64,000 nt of DNA from a virus. Its lineage: Duplodnaviria; Caudoviricetes. The stretch spans positions 68,572-132,571 of the IMG/VR virus record IMGVR_UViG_3300022923_000005; one strand, 5' to 3'. Position numbers and translations under genes: made by a program. Shown one piece after another: positions 1-11,600 of the stretch (positions within the stretch are counted from its first letter, which is position 1; each line of letters begins with the position of its first letter). The notes below the pieces were generated by a model. The model was not told where the DNA came from and did no database searches. It saw nothing but the letters and a program-made list of their open reading frames with translations.

Positions 1-1110
1 TAATTGTACAAAGTCAACAGTGTTTTCAAAAACTTTTGCAAACTTTTTATTGTAACTATCTTGTACACTATCACTATTTGGGTCGTAAAGTCCTATATGA
101 TTAACAAAGGCTAGTGCTTGTTGTATTGCTGTTCCAATGTTAGTGGCTTCTAAAGGCTCAATAAAACTTGCACTAAGTCCTACTGCTAAACAATTTTTGT
201 TCCATACATTACGAAGATATCCAGCACCAAACTTAAATTTTTTACGTATGTCTAGTTCGTGTCCGTAGTATTTTGTTACTTCTTCTATTGCTTGATCTTC
301 AGTAATAAAATCGTCACAGTATACATATCCATTACCGTATCTTTCTTGTGTAGGTATTTGCCATACCCATCCAGAACTTAATGCTGTAGCAGCAGTGTAA
401 GCAGGAAACTTATCATCTAATTTAGTTGGGAAAGTAACAGCACTGTTCATTGGCAAATATTCTCTGCAATCTTTCCAATCACTTCCTACTTTACTGTGTA
501 TTACTTTTGCAAAACCTGTTGCATCTATATAAAAATCACTTTCGTAAATACCTTTTTCACCGTGTAATTTTTTTACACTACCAAGTGCTTCAACAGACGT
601 AATTGTATCAACAATAATATCAATCCTACGTTTTGCGCAAACATCATTTAAAAATTCATTTAGTTTAAATGTATCGAAATGATATTGATTTGTACTTTCT
701 AATACAGGTTGATAATGTTGTGAATTAATAATAAATTCATCAAACATACTCATTTGATTTTCATTTTCAACAATTAGTTTGTGTAGTACATTAGGATGTC
801 CAATTCTACTTTCTTCAATAATGTATGTAGGAACATTGTGCAAATAATCTTTGCCGTCACCGTTCCAGTTCTTAAAATATATTCCGTGTTTAAATGTGCT
901 ACCACAATGTAAAAAAAATTCTGCAGGATTAATTTTTACAAATTCTAAAAAATCTCTCCAATGCTCAGTAGTACCTTCTCCTACTCCGACAATATCTATA
1001 GTGTCAGAGCGTATAAGTTGTATTTTCATATCAGGATATGCAGCACGTAAAATAAGTCCAGTTGTTAAACCTGCTGTACCGCCACCTACAATTGTTACAC
1101 TATCAATCAT
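1..1110 (-). CDS. Flavin-dependent halogenase (tryptophan halogenase/PrnA family), 3' end outside window
   Basis: Not in ORF track; read by hand from ATG at 1110: MIDSVTIVGGGTAG (GxGxxG), IVGVGEGT, STFKHGIYFKNW (catalytic Lys position), FYIDATGF, GWVWQIP (WxWxIP), AVGLSASFIEPLEAT. Confidence 0.9.
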   Translation of the reverse strand, partial: MIDSVTIVGGGTAGLTTGLILRAAYPDMKIQLIRSDTIDIVGVGEGTTEHWRDFLEFVKINPAEFFLHCGSTFKHGIYFKNWNGDGKDYLHNVPTYIIEESRIGHPNVLHKLIVENENQMSMFDEFIINSQHYQPVLESTNQYHFDTFKLNEFLNDVCAKRRIDIIVDTITSVEALGSVKKLHGEKGIYESDFYIDATGFAKVIHSKVGSDWKDCREYLPMNSAVTFPTKLDDKFPAYTAATALSSGWVWQIPTQERYGNGYVYCDDFITEDQAIEEVTKYYGHELDIRKKFKFGAGYLRNVWNKNCLAVGLSASFIEPLEATNIGTAIQQALAFVNHIGLYDPNSDSVQDSYNKKFAKVFENTVDFVQL

Positions 1111-1702
1111 TTACTTCCTCTTGGTCTACATTAAAGTTAATACTAATTCTCACTTCATCTGAATTATTTACTTCAGTATAGTGTTTAATGTGTGCAGGAA
1201 AGAGTATTAAATCTTCTTCACTAACATATAATGTATGTCGCATATCATTTATTTTTCCTGCTTCAGAGTACGGATAATAATGTTGAGCATATTCGTTAGG
1301 ATTAACAAATACAATATTACCTGCATCGCTATCATATTTTAAATAGTAACATCCTGCTAGTACGTGTGTACTGTGAGAATGTTCTAAAGTATAATCACCT
1401 TTATTATGTATGTTTGCCCACATAGATGCAATCTTAGGACGACAGCCTGGACTAAACCCTGCATTGTTCCAGTAATGTAAAAGGTGCTTGTATATTTCTG
1501 TTACTAGCGGTAAAAACAATTCTTCATTTTGTAAATCTCTATTTACAGAATGTGTGCTTTTGCCACCTGCTTCTAATGCGTGATTAGAATCTTTTACAGA
1601 ATCAAATAAAGTCAATAAAAAGTCAAGTATTTTGGACTTTTCATTTTCTTCTAATTTTACTTCTGTTTTATAGGTACGAACAGGGAACATATCTAATAGC
1701 AT
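1103..1702 (-). CDS. Putative 2OG-Fe(II) oxygenase (phage TIGR02466-like)
   Basis: MWAN..KGDYTLEHSH, GCYYL, LILFPAHIKHYTEVN..RISINFN: HxH...H...RxS jelly-roll pattern. Confidence 0.8.
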   Translation of the reverse strand: MLLDMFPVRTYKTEVKLEENEKSKILDFLLTLFDSVKDSNHALEAGGKSTHSVNRDLQNEELFLPLVTEIYKHLLHYWNNAGFSPGCRPKIASMWANIHNKGDYTLEHSHSTHVLAGCYYLKYDSDAGNIVFVNPNEYAQHYYPYSEAGKINDMRHTLYVSEEDLILFPAHIKHYTEVNNSDEVRISINFNVDQEEVND

Positions 1703-1711
1703 ATTATTACT

Positions 1712-1718
1712 TATTTAG
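1712..1718 (-). promoter_or_regulatory. T4-type late promoter (CTAAATA)
   Basis: TAAATA about 10 nt upstream of the 1702 start; the same motif precedes many structural genes. Confidence 0.55.
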
Positions 1719-1746
1719 ATACAGTTCCCTGTACTTTATTAGTGAT

Positions 1747-2208
1747 TTAGTCTGAAATCTTTTTACCGATTGTTTTAACTAAATTTGGTACTTCTCTATT
1801 AACAGTATCTGTCCAAGCAGGTGATTCTTCTGTACCCCAATTAATAGTAACACGAGAAGCTCTCATTTCACGTGCTTCTTCACTATTTGGTCCTGGTACA
1901 GTATTTTTCACTGCTGCAATGTGATCTTGCCAATTTGTTGTTCCATTTTGCATATCTTTAAACAACATATCAAGTTGCTCACCGATATCACCGTATGCGT
2001 TTCTTCTTAAAACACTGTATGATGGTGGTGCTTGAACATTTTGTTCCCACACACCGTTATGTAAAATCCAAGTATCATTAATATCATCAGATGCACAAGT
2101 TGTCCATCTTACTTTTGCGTCCGGACCTTCGTAAACTTCGAATTCTTCGCCCGGCTCGCAGATATGTTGAATACCACCTTGGAAATCTACTAATACACTT
2201 TTAGCCAT
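1747..2208 (-). CDS. Tail-fibre-associated small protein
   Basis: RRNAYGDIGEQLDMLFKD...WQDHIAAVK motif typical of small proteins encoded next to fibre tips in aquatic phages; lies directly after the three fibre genes. Confidence 0.5.
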   Translation of the reverse strand: MAKSVLVDFQGGIQHICEPGEEFEVYEGPDAKVRWTTCASDDINDTWILHNGVWEQNVQAPPSYSVLRRNAYGDIGEQLDMLFKDMQNGTTNWQDHIAAVKNTVPGPNSEEAREMRASRVTINWGTEESPAWTDTVNREVPNLVKTIGKKISD

Positions 2209-2220
2209 AATTTATTACTC

Positions 2221-3138
2221 CTATTTGTAGTTCCATACTATGCAGATGCCTCTTCGGCCCGTTCCGCCACGTCTTCTACCACGTGGTGCACCAACTCCAC
2301 CACTACCTGGTGATGCTTGGCCTTCACGTTGTGATGGTTGTGGGCCACTATCGTGAACACCAATACTAGAACCACCAAAATATGAACTGCCTCCTAAACC
2401 TCCTCCGTGGTGTGTATGTCCGCGTCCTCCGCCTCCATACTGGTTTAGGTTTCCACCGGATCCAACTCCGGGACGTCCACCTGAGTGTCCGCCAACACGT
2501 CTTGCTCCTTCGCCACCACTTGCTGATAGATAAGGACCAAAACTACTTGAACCACCGTTACCCGCTGAGTTGTGATAGTTTACACCACCACCTCCACCGT
2601 TAAGTGTAACGGAAACTGATGAAATACCTGTTACGTCAATTACTTCTTCTGCGTAACCGCCAGCACCTCCGGATTCACCGTGGCCTGTTCCACCGCCACC
2701 TGCTCCGCAGATCTGTACTCTAATTCTTTGTACGCCGGCCGGTCTGTTCCAAGTAGAATTACTTGTATAATAGTTAACACTTACTAAGTCTCCATAAGTG
2801 TAATCATAACCGTTTCCTGCGTCATTAATTTTTAAAACTTGGTTAGCAGCACCTAAACTAGATTTACCTGTACCACCACCTGATGGTGCTAGTGAACCTG
2901 TAACTGCTGCTCCTGTTAAATCAACACTACCTGCTGCAAATTTTGCTGCTGATAATCCGTTTGCTGGATCAATCTTAGCACCTGTTACTGCTCCGTCTGC
3001 AATGTTATCTGTGTCAATTGAAGAATCAATAATTTTGTTTCTGTTAATTTGTCCTGAGCCAATGTCTGCTGCACCAATAGTACCGTCAACAATACCAGCA
3101 CCTGTAATTTTCTTTAGTCCTTCGTAACTTATTGCCAT
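2221..3138 (-). CDS. Gly-rich tail fibre/tip protein, paralogue 3
   Basis: N-terminal (D/G)xI/VTxxKI repeats, GGTG linker, C-terminal Gly-rich domain (YTSNSTW..PAGV.RIRVQ..GAGGGG). Confidence 0.7.
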   Translation of the reverse strand: MAISYEGLKKITGAGIVDGTIGAADIGSGQINRNKIIDSSIDTDNIADGAVTGAKIDPANGLSAAKFAAGSVDLTGAAVTGSLAPSGGGTGKSSLGAANQVLKINDAGNGYDYTYGDLVSVNYYTSNSTWNRPAGVQRIRVQICGAGGGGTGHGESGGAGGYAEEVIDVTGISSVSVTLNGGGGGVNYHNSAGNGGSSSFGPYLSASGGEGARRVGGHSGGRPGVGSGGNLNQYGGGGRGHTHHGGGLGGSSYFGGSSIGVHDSGPQPSQREGQASPGSGGVGAPRGRRRGGTGRRGICIVWNYK

Positions 3139-3139
3139 A

Positions 3140-4054
3140 CTATCTGTACTCCCAAACCACTACCATTCCAGAACGTCCTGTACCACCTCTTCTTCTACCT
3201 CGAGGAGCACCTGTTCCGCCTGTTCCTTGTGATGCTTGTCCTTCACGTTGTGATACTTGAGGACCACTGTCGTGAACTCCAATACTTGATCCACCAAAAT
3301 AACCATTACCGCCAGCGCCGCCACCGTGGTGTGTATGACCTGCACCGCCTCCACCGTAAATGTTTAAATTACCTCCTGAACCAATACCTGGGCGTCCACC
3401 TGAGTGTCCACCTACTCGTCTAGCACCTTCTCCGCCTGACGCACTTAAATATGGTCCAAATGATGTTGTTCCGCCATTACCAGCACTGTTATGGTAGTTT
3501 ACACCACCTCCACCACCGCCAATGGAAATACTTACTGAACTAATACTTGATACATTTAGATATTCTTCTGCATATCCACCTGATCCGCCTGCTTCTCCGT
3601 GACCTGTTCCGCCACCTCCGCCGCCGATTACTTGTACTCTAATTCTTGTTACACCTGATGGTTTACTCCAAGTTGTGTTACTTGTGTAAACTCTACAAGC
3701 ACTTAAACCTGTTTCGCCTGTAGTTGGATTACCACTACCGTCTGTTTTAATATTTCTTCTAGCAGATCCGCCGCTGTATGCTAAACCAGTACCACCTTTT
3801 GATCCTGAAAGAGCTCCGCCTACTTTACTTCCTGCTAAGTCAATACTATTATTACCTAATTTACTTGCTGTAATTGCACCGTCTGCAACATCACCTGTTG
3901 GAATACTTGCGTTTGCAAGTTTGGCTTCTGTAATTGCTCCAGTATCAAATTTTGGAGTATCAATTGTTGTTCCTGCAACGTCATTTGCAACAATAGTTGT
4001 ATCAACTAGGCCTTCGCCTGTAATTTTTTGTAATCCTTCGTAACTAAATGCCAT
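3140..4054 (-). CDS. Gly-rich tail fibre/tip protein, paralogue 2
   Basis: Start moved to 4054 (MAFSYEG, matching MAISYEG and MPFNYNS; TAATG overlap with the upstream stop). Same architecture as its neighbours. Confidence 0.7.
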   Translation of the reverse strand: MAFSYEGLQKITGEGLVDTTIVANDVAGTTIDTPKFDTGAITEAKLANASIPTGDVADGAITASKLGNNSIDLAGSKVGGALSGSKGGTGLAYSGGSARRNIKTDGSGNPTTGETGLSACRVYTSNTTWSKPSGVTRIRVQVIGGGGGGTGHGEAGGSGGYAEEYLNVSSISSVSISIGGGGGGVNYHNSAGNGGTTSFGPYLSASGGEGARRVGGHSGGRPGIGSGGNLNIYGGGGAGHTHHGGGAGGNGYFGGSSIGVHDSGPQVSQREGQASQGTGGTGAPRGRRRGGTGRSGMVVVWEYR

Positions 4055-4965
4055 TATCTTAAACTCCAAACAACTACCATACCGGATTTTCCACTTGCAC
4101 CTCTTCTACGTGCTTGTGGTGCGCCAACACCACCACTTCCGGGTGCTGCTTGACCTTCACGCTGTGATGGTTGCGGTCCACTATCGTGAACTCCAATGTT
4201 TCCTCCACCGAAATAACTAGTACCTCCGTGTCCTCCACCGTGGTGCGTATGGCCTGCGCCACCGCCTCCGTACATATTAATATTACCACTTGATCCAATG
4301 CCTGGTCGTCCGCCTGTGTGTCCACCAACACGTCTTGCACCTTCGCCACCACTTGCTGATAAGTAAGGACCAAAACTTGATGTTCCTCCATTACCTGCTT
4401 GGTTGTGATAGTTAACGCCGCCGCCTTGTCCGCCAATTGTTACACTAACTGAACTTACGCCTGTTACATCAATGATTTCTTCTGAGTAACCACCTGCGCC
4501 ACCTGCTTCTCCGTGACCTGAACCACCTGCACCTCCACCAACTACTTGTACTCTTACTCTAGTACAGCCTGTTGGTTTACTCCAAGTACTGTTTCCTGTG
4601 TACACATTACACTGAATAAGTCCACTAAATCCCCATTCAAGTGCATTACCTGAATTGTTTACCATTAAAGTTCTATCAGCAGTTGTCGAAGTTAATGCCG
4701 TACCACCGTTGGCAACAGGTAATGTACCGGTCGGTATGCTGCCTGATAAACTAACTGCACCGTCTGCGATAGCAGTTTCAGTAATACTAGTATCACCTAT
4801 TTTATCAGCAGTAATGTTTGCTGCATTAATTTTATCACCTGTAATATCTCCTGCTGCTACTGATGCTGCGTTAACTGCACCTCCAGCAAAATCATCACCT
4901 GTTAATGATGCATCAACAATACCTTCATTTGTAATCTTCTTAACACTGTTATAATTAAATGGCAT
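4054..4965 (-). CDS. Gly-rich tail fibre/tip protein, paralogue 1
   Basis: Same architecture; AGGAG RBS upstream. Confidence 0.7.
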   Translation of the reverse strand: MPFNYNSVKKITNEGIVDASLTGDDFAGGAVNAASVAAGDITGDKINAANITADKIGDTSITETAIADGAVSLSGSIPTGTLPVANGGTALTSTTADRTLMVNNSGNALEWGFSGLIQCNVYTGNSTWSKPTGCTRVRVQVVGGGAGGSGHGEAGGAGGYSEEIIDVTGVSSVSVTIGGQGGGVNYHNQAGNGGTSSFGPYLSASGGEGARRVGGHTGGRPGIGSSGNINMYGGGGAGHTHHGGGHGGTSYFGGGNIGVHDSGPQPSQREGQAAPGSGGVGAPQARRRGASGKSGMVVVWSLR

Positions 4966-4980
4966 TTACAAATTCTCCTA

Positions 4981-5322
4981 TTAAATCGCCTCTACAAGCC
5001 AGCCACTTGCTGTACCTGAATAAACTAATGTAAAAGCCGCACCCTCTGTACTCACTGTCATAGTATCTGCATTACGCATAATCTTATGTGACCCAGGATC
5101 AACTGTTAAGTTGTTTGTTTGAAACGATCCATTTACATCAAAAATCTTAATGATGTCTCCTACGAAAGGGTTACCTGGTAGGTCTAATGTTGCTACACCT
5201 GACGAAGTATCTACAAAATAAATTTTGTTTGCTTCAATTGCTTGGCTAGCATTAATCGATTCCTGAGCGAAGAGTGAGGGAGGTACAACTCCTCTTGGAT
5301 TTGCTTTAACTTCTCTTCCCAT
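4981..5322 (-). CDS. Small virion protein, fibre/baseplate attachment-type beta domain
   Basis: YFVDTSSG..TLDLP.NP.VGD.I.I.D..GSF..NNLTV pattern resembles T4 gp9/gp10/gp34-type domains. Confidence 0.5.
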   Translation of the reverse strand: MGREVKANPRGVVPPSLFAQESINASQAIEANKIYFVDTSSGVATLDLPGNPFVGDIIKIFDVNGSFQTNNLTVDPGSHKIMRNADTMTVSTEGAAFTLVYSGTASGWLVEAI

Positions 5323-5336
5323 CTTTTCTCTCCTCG

Positions 5337-5657
5337 TTATACTGTTGCTGTTTCAATGCCGTATGCTACTGCACTGACGTTAATTGTGTCAGAACGTACA
5401 ACTAAAACTTTGTTAGCGTCCATTACAATACCTGTACGCTCAATAACTGAATTACCAACTAACTCTGAATCAAATTCAATAAATTCATCATTTGCTGGTG
5501 TTGCACTTGCGGACACCGCCACTCTAATTTTTGCCGAACTAGCATTCCTATTACATACAGACAGTGTAATTACACTAAAAGTATCTGCTGGAACAGTGTA
5601 CAGAGTAGTATCTGTAGCCGCTGCTAGATCTGCTGTTCCTAATCTTCCTGTTGCCAT
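5337..5657 (-). CDS. Small virion adaptor-like protein (family also at 19187 and 23299)
   Basis: LYTVPA..ITLSVCNR...IVM....L.V pattern shared with the two other ~110-125 aa genes. Confidence 0.55.
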   Translation of the reverse strand: MATGRLGTADLAAATDTTLYTVPADTFSVITLSVCNRNASSAKIRVAVSASATPANDEFIEFDSELVGNSVIERTGIVMDANKVLVVRSDTINVSAVAYGIETATV

Positions 5658-5679
5658 TTTACATTTTCTCCATTATGTT

Positions 5680-8600
5680 TTATGTTAAGAAGTAACTCCA
5701 CGCTACTGGTAAACCACGCACACCGCCTTTAAAGTTCATATTTGCATCAACATTAATTGCCTGTTGTGTTGTAGTTGTTATAGCATCAGCAGCAATGTAT
5801 ATGAAACCTGCTGTAACACTATTTACGTTTAGTGATGCACCACCACCACCAATTTGTGAACTAATGTACGCTTTAATTGCTCTCTGCGTAGGTACAACAC
5901 TATCACTATCTGCTGTAAAGAATGGATCTGTACTAAATTCGTCAATACTTGCTGATCCACCACCTAGTGTAACTTCACCCAGTGATAGTTCTTGTAGTCC
6001 TGCAATGTTAAATGCATCTGCATTCAATGTTGCAACACCAGTTGATTGTTCAATACTAAACAAGTCACCAACTCTAAAGTTACCGTCTTGGTCAGTAGCA
6101 GTGAAGAACACTCTACCACCATTACGCTCTCTAGTTTCATTGGACTGTATTGGATCCTGTAAAGGATCATTTGGATAGTTTGTTTCTGTAAACGATCCAG
6201 TACCAATGTCTAGGAAGTCGTGTCCTGTTAGACGTACTTGTGAGTATCTAATTCTTGTAGTAACACTTGTACCGTGCGGTGGAACATTAATAACTTTCAT
6301 TTCTGGTGATATCTGTAAGAAACAAGTTAATGCACCATCGTTTGATCCAAGTAGTGTAACAATGTTAACCAACTTGAATGTTTCGTTTGGTAAGTGTCCA
6401 AATACAATATTTGATCCTGTTGGCGGAAGTGAACTTAATTGTCTAATTGCAATAAAGTTTCCGCTTTGGAAGAAGTCTGCATAACCATTACCGCCTACTA
6501 AGTCAGCACTTGCTGAAACGTATCCTGTACCTCTACTTCTTAATGAAGGAGTAGCAAGTACACCGCTTCCTGTTCTAACTTCGAATGGTAATGCATAAAT
6601 CTCACTTGGATCTGTAATTGTCATTGTAGGTGCAGTATCATATCCTGAACCTGGTTCAGTAATACGAACTTCAAAGATTTTATTCTGAGCTACTCCAGCT
6701 CTACCTTTTGTAGTTGCACCTGTTTTAATTCTGTATACACCGTCGCCTGTATCTGTATCAATAATTGTCCAGTAACCTACACGCTGATGTGTACCAAATG
6801 CTACAGCACTAAATCCGTTTGATGTAACATCTCCAGATCCAACACCTTGCCAAGTAAAGTTAAAGCCATCTTGTGACATAGCAACGTATGAATAACCTTC
6901 GCCATCTTCACCTGTTTTGTATGCAGTAATCATAAACTGACCTTGGCCGTATGCAATTTTCTGCAATCCTGCTGGTGTAGTTGAGTCTGGTGAACTAATA
7001 TCTTTGGATTTCCAAGTTGCACCTTTATCAATACTAACTGCAATTGTGCTGCTGTCTGTTGCTGTTGCAACAAAGTGGTTTTGACCAAATGCTATACTTG
7101 ACCAAGCACTTGCTCCTGGTAAAGTAGTTACATCTACCCAGTTAAGTCCTGCGTCAACACTGTAAGCAGCAGTTGTTGTACCTGATTTAACTGCAATCAT
7201 TGTACCTTGTCCTGCTGTAATTGCAGTAAAGCCTGTGCTGTTTAAAGTTCCTGTTACGTCCCAAACTTCACCGTCTAATGAAATCGCTACAGTTGTACTA
7301 TCACTTGCAATTGCAATAAATCTTTGGTTGTAATTATCGTATGTTACGTCAATCCAACTTGCACTTGCTGGTAAACTAGTTGCTGTCCAAGTAATACCGT
7401 CTGCTGAGTAAGCAGCATTTGATGTTCCTGAAGCAACTGCAACTATTCTAGCAACCTTAGCAATGGATGATCCATCGTCAATTTTACCTGATGCCATTGC
7501 AGTCCAGTTAGAAGCACTTGGTAATGTTACTCCACTCCAAGTTTTACCGTCAACGCTTCTTGCGCCGCCTGCACTACCTGTTTGTGCTGCAACAAATGCA
7601 CCTGCTCTACCGTAACCTGCTGTGTCAACTTCAAGGATTTCTCCTGTTGCACTATTAATTGCTGTTACTGTTAATGTAATATCGTTAACACCGTCAACAC
7701 CACCTAACTGTGATCCTGTAATTGTTAAGTCTTCAAGTCTAGTATAACCAGTACCGCCTGATACAACACTAACTGAGTACTTCCATCCGTTTCTAATTAC
7801 TTGGAAGGACGCACTTGTACCAGTGCCGCCTGTTGCTGTCGGTAAGTAAACATCAGCAGTTTCAATAAATTGTGCTGTTGTCCAAGTACCTGAACTTGGC
7901 ATTGTACTAACTTCTGTTCCAAATCCTGGATCGCTAAACTGTATTCTAGGTTCAACAATGTATGTTGAAGAAGCATCTGGTGCTTGAATTGTAGTACCTG
8001 CTACAATGTGATCCCAGCCACTCGCGCCATCGCTTTCTCTAATTACTGCTGCAAGTTTTGTACCTGCATTGTATGCACTAATTAAACCAAACTGTCCAAC
8101 ACCTGCACCGCCTGTAACATATACTTTCATTCCAACATATGCTGAGCTAATTTCTGCATCAGTTGCTGCAAGTGTAATTGCACTTGTAGTACCACCCTGT
8201 GCTGTGTTAGCGTTACTTACGTAACCAAATCCACCAAAGTTACCAACTACTTCTGGAGCATTAGCACTATCGTCTACGTTGTCTTGTAAGAAAACACTGT
8301 GTACAGCGTTATCTCTAAACTCGTCAACAATTGCTGCTGCGCCTGTACCAGCACCTGAAATTAGGAACTCGCCTTCTTCGTAGTCAATACCAGCATTTTC
8401 AAATTCAAATGCGTAAACTTCTTCTGCATTGTCTGTTGTAACGTCTTTAACTGTTGCTTCATACTGGAATTTGTTATCTACTATAGCAGTTTGTGGTGTT
8501 TCTGAACCATCAAAGCCTTCTGCTACTGAACCAAAGTCACCGTATGAGTTGTTACCATTTGTACCTCTAATTCTTCCACCTTCAGTTGACAAGTAACCAA

Positions 8601-11600
8601 TGTGTGAGTAGTAAGTAAACACTGATACAAGCTCTGCTCTACCATTGTTTGCTACCCAAGCACCAATACCGTCGGATATAACCTGTGTAAAGTCGTTGGA
8701 TACAATCGAATCGTTACCACCGTTGTGTAAAGCACCATCAATCTTTTGACCGATACCACCGTTACCAAACGTTGTATTGTTTTGTACATATGGAGAACGT
8801 TCTGTAATCCATACTCTGTAATCTTCTGGACCCCAACCTGGATCAAGTGAACAATAAGCACCACCTGATACACGACTTGTTCCGTAAGTATTTGGAGCAA
8901 GTAAGTCACCATTCATACCTTTTAATGTTTGGTTTCTAATACCTGTACCGTTACGCAAGTAGTATAAGTCTTCTTCTTGTGATCCGTTTACAGCATTACC
9001 ATAGTATCTTGCACATAGTAATGTTTTGTAGTTACCTGGATATGAAATATCATAAATTAATGCTTCTAATATTTCTCCAATGTCTCTTTCACAAGATGCA
9101 CTGTTGTATACTAACTTAACAGTTGCTGAACCTGTGTCATCTACCATTACTCTAGCAGTACCATTTCTTTCATTTGAAATAGTAAACTTAGTTGCACTTA
9201 AAATGTTTTGTACATAGTAAGTTACACCTGCTTTAATACCATCTGATTCATCAGCAAGTGACGGAGCACCAACAATTGTTCCTTCGAATTGAATTGCTGT
9301 GTTTCTCTGTAACCAACTTGTACTACCAATTGTAATACTGTTGTCTGATGCTGTTGTTGCTGTAACAGTTTCTTTGTAAGTATCTGCAATGTATGCTGTT
9401 GATTCTGCAACAATAAAGTCTTTGTTTCTTAAAATCTGTGTAGCAGCGTGATGTACATTTCTGTAATCTGATACACATCTACTGCCTTCAGTTGATCCAC
9501 TGTAAATCACATCAAGTAAATCTTCCATCAATGTTTCAATACGTGCTTCTGCTGTTGCATCACCTGCAACACCATCCATATAAGTTTTTAAGAAATCAAA
9601 TGCAGCAATAGTTGCTGTTTTTTGACCTTTATCATATACATCACTTGCAGTACTTCTTAAGTAAGCGTATGCTGCTTTAAGTGTTTTGTGATTACTGTTA
9701 AACATAAAGTCAAACATTACTGCTTCAGAAATTAATCTAGCATCACGTTTACACTTGTCAGTGTCATATGTTAAACTTGGATAAGTTGCTGCTAAGAAGT
9801 TGCTCATAGCAGTAACCATTGTTTCTTGTGCAGCATCTACGTTTTGTGCTGCTGTAATTAATGCAGTAGTAGTTGAAACAGCATTTGTTGCTGCTGGTTC
9901 TTGTACAACGTCTGCAATGATTGCTAAACCGCTACCATCACTTAAACTTGCTGCACTGCCATTAAACACTGTTGATACAGTTAATGTCGCTGCTGCTGGA
10001 GTACTAACTACCCAATATTTTTGTCCTGCTGTTAAACCATTACCAGTTGTTCTAGGTGTAAACGAATCTCCTGTGCTTAAACCGTGTGCTGATGCAGTAG
10101 TAATTACGTTTGATGCAATGCTACTTACACTTACACTTGGTGCACTAGTTGTTGCGCCACCACTAATTAAGTCAATAATAATATTCATTAACTCAACAAC
10201 TCTGTCTTTTGCTGCTGTAGACGCTGCTGTACCAAATTTAAATTGTGCTACAGTAGATTGTCTTGATGTAGCAGTTTGATCTAGCACAATATTTGCTAAA
10301 TGATCACGCATAAATTGATATGCTGCTACAGTCGCAGTAGGTTCACTTGAATCTGCTCCAAAGTTACCAGCGTATGGTCCGCCAGGTCCATCATAGTATG
10401 CTAAACCAGCTCTAATTGCTTGACTGTTACCGCCATATGTCATATCATATGTAAGTGCGTCAATCAAATAACCAACATCTTGTTTACATTTTGTTCTGCT
10501 GTATTTTAATAATGGATATTCAGCAGTAATAAATGCTGTAACTTCTTCTTGTAAGTATTTTTTGTTTTCAACAAGTTGTGTTCTTGCATTTCCATAACCA
10601 ACCAAGTAACTAGTGTTGTAACCTGTTGGGTCTGTTCTGAAACTGTGTGCAAAATTACCAACTCTAAAATCACTTTGTTGAATTAATGCACCCATTAATC
10701 TATCAACAAAGTTCTTTTCTGGTGTATCAGCAAATGGTACTGCAATGCTTTGTGATTCTGCATTACCTGTTGTAGGAGTTACAGTTGCTCCTGTAACCAC
10801 ACTTTGTATCACACCGTTTAAGTGTTTGTATGTTTCGATAGAATATTTTGCATCTGTAGTATGAGTTGTACCAGTATCCATAGTTACTGTAGTTGAACGT
10901 ACTTCTTCACCAATTACACAAGTATTTTCTGGAACCATAATTGGTCCTACTTCAGTGTATAAACCTGTTTTTACTTTTACAAGTGAGTTAGGCATATATC
11001 TAGCAGGTACTCTTGAAGCATCTTCATCTTCAAGTGCATTCAATACAATAGTAATAAGTGCAGTTGACTTTGTCAAAACACCTGATTCTGCTGCAATTGT
11101 AGCATCTTTGTGTTGTGCAACAACTGAAGTTGAATTATCACCGTTTGTAGTTTGATAATTTACTGCTGGATCTGTTTGTGCAAAAACGTGTCCTACAACT
11201 GTAAGCATATATTGGAATGCAGCAATGTGCTGATCTTTTTGATCACCTAAAAGTGGATTCGCTACAGATTCTGACTCGCTTAATGCTCCGACATAACTGT
11301 TAGCAGCACCTCTTGACTTAACGTTACCGCCATTACCAAGGTCATAAACTAGTGCATCAACAAGGAAGCCTGTATCTCTTTCACACTTTACATCATCATA
11401 TGTAAAGTTATACCAAATGCTTGTAGCATCTGGTGCTGTATTTGTAAAGTATTCAATTTGATAGTCAATCCATTCTTGAACTTCTCTTTGAATGAAGTGT
11501 CTATTCTTTCTTAATAAATCTTTTGCATTAGGGTTTAAAGCACCTTGATCAATTTGATGACAAGCATAACGTATACTTGCAAATGGTTTATCAACTGTTC

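Noticed and set aside
2221-4965. Diversity-generating retroelement (TR/VR) behind the near-identical fibre C-termini
   Set aside because: No reverse transcriptase in the window; differences are synonymous and not adenine-specific; all three copies are full genes.
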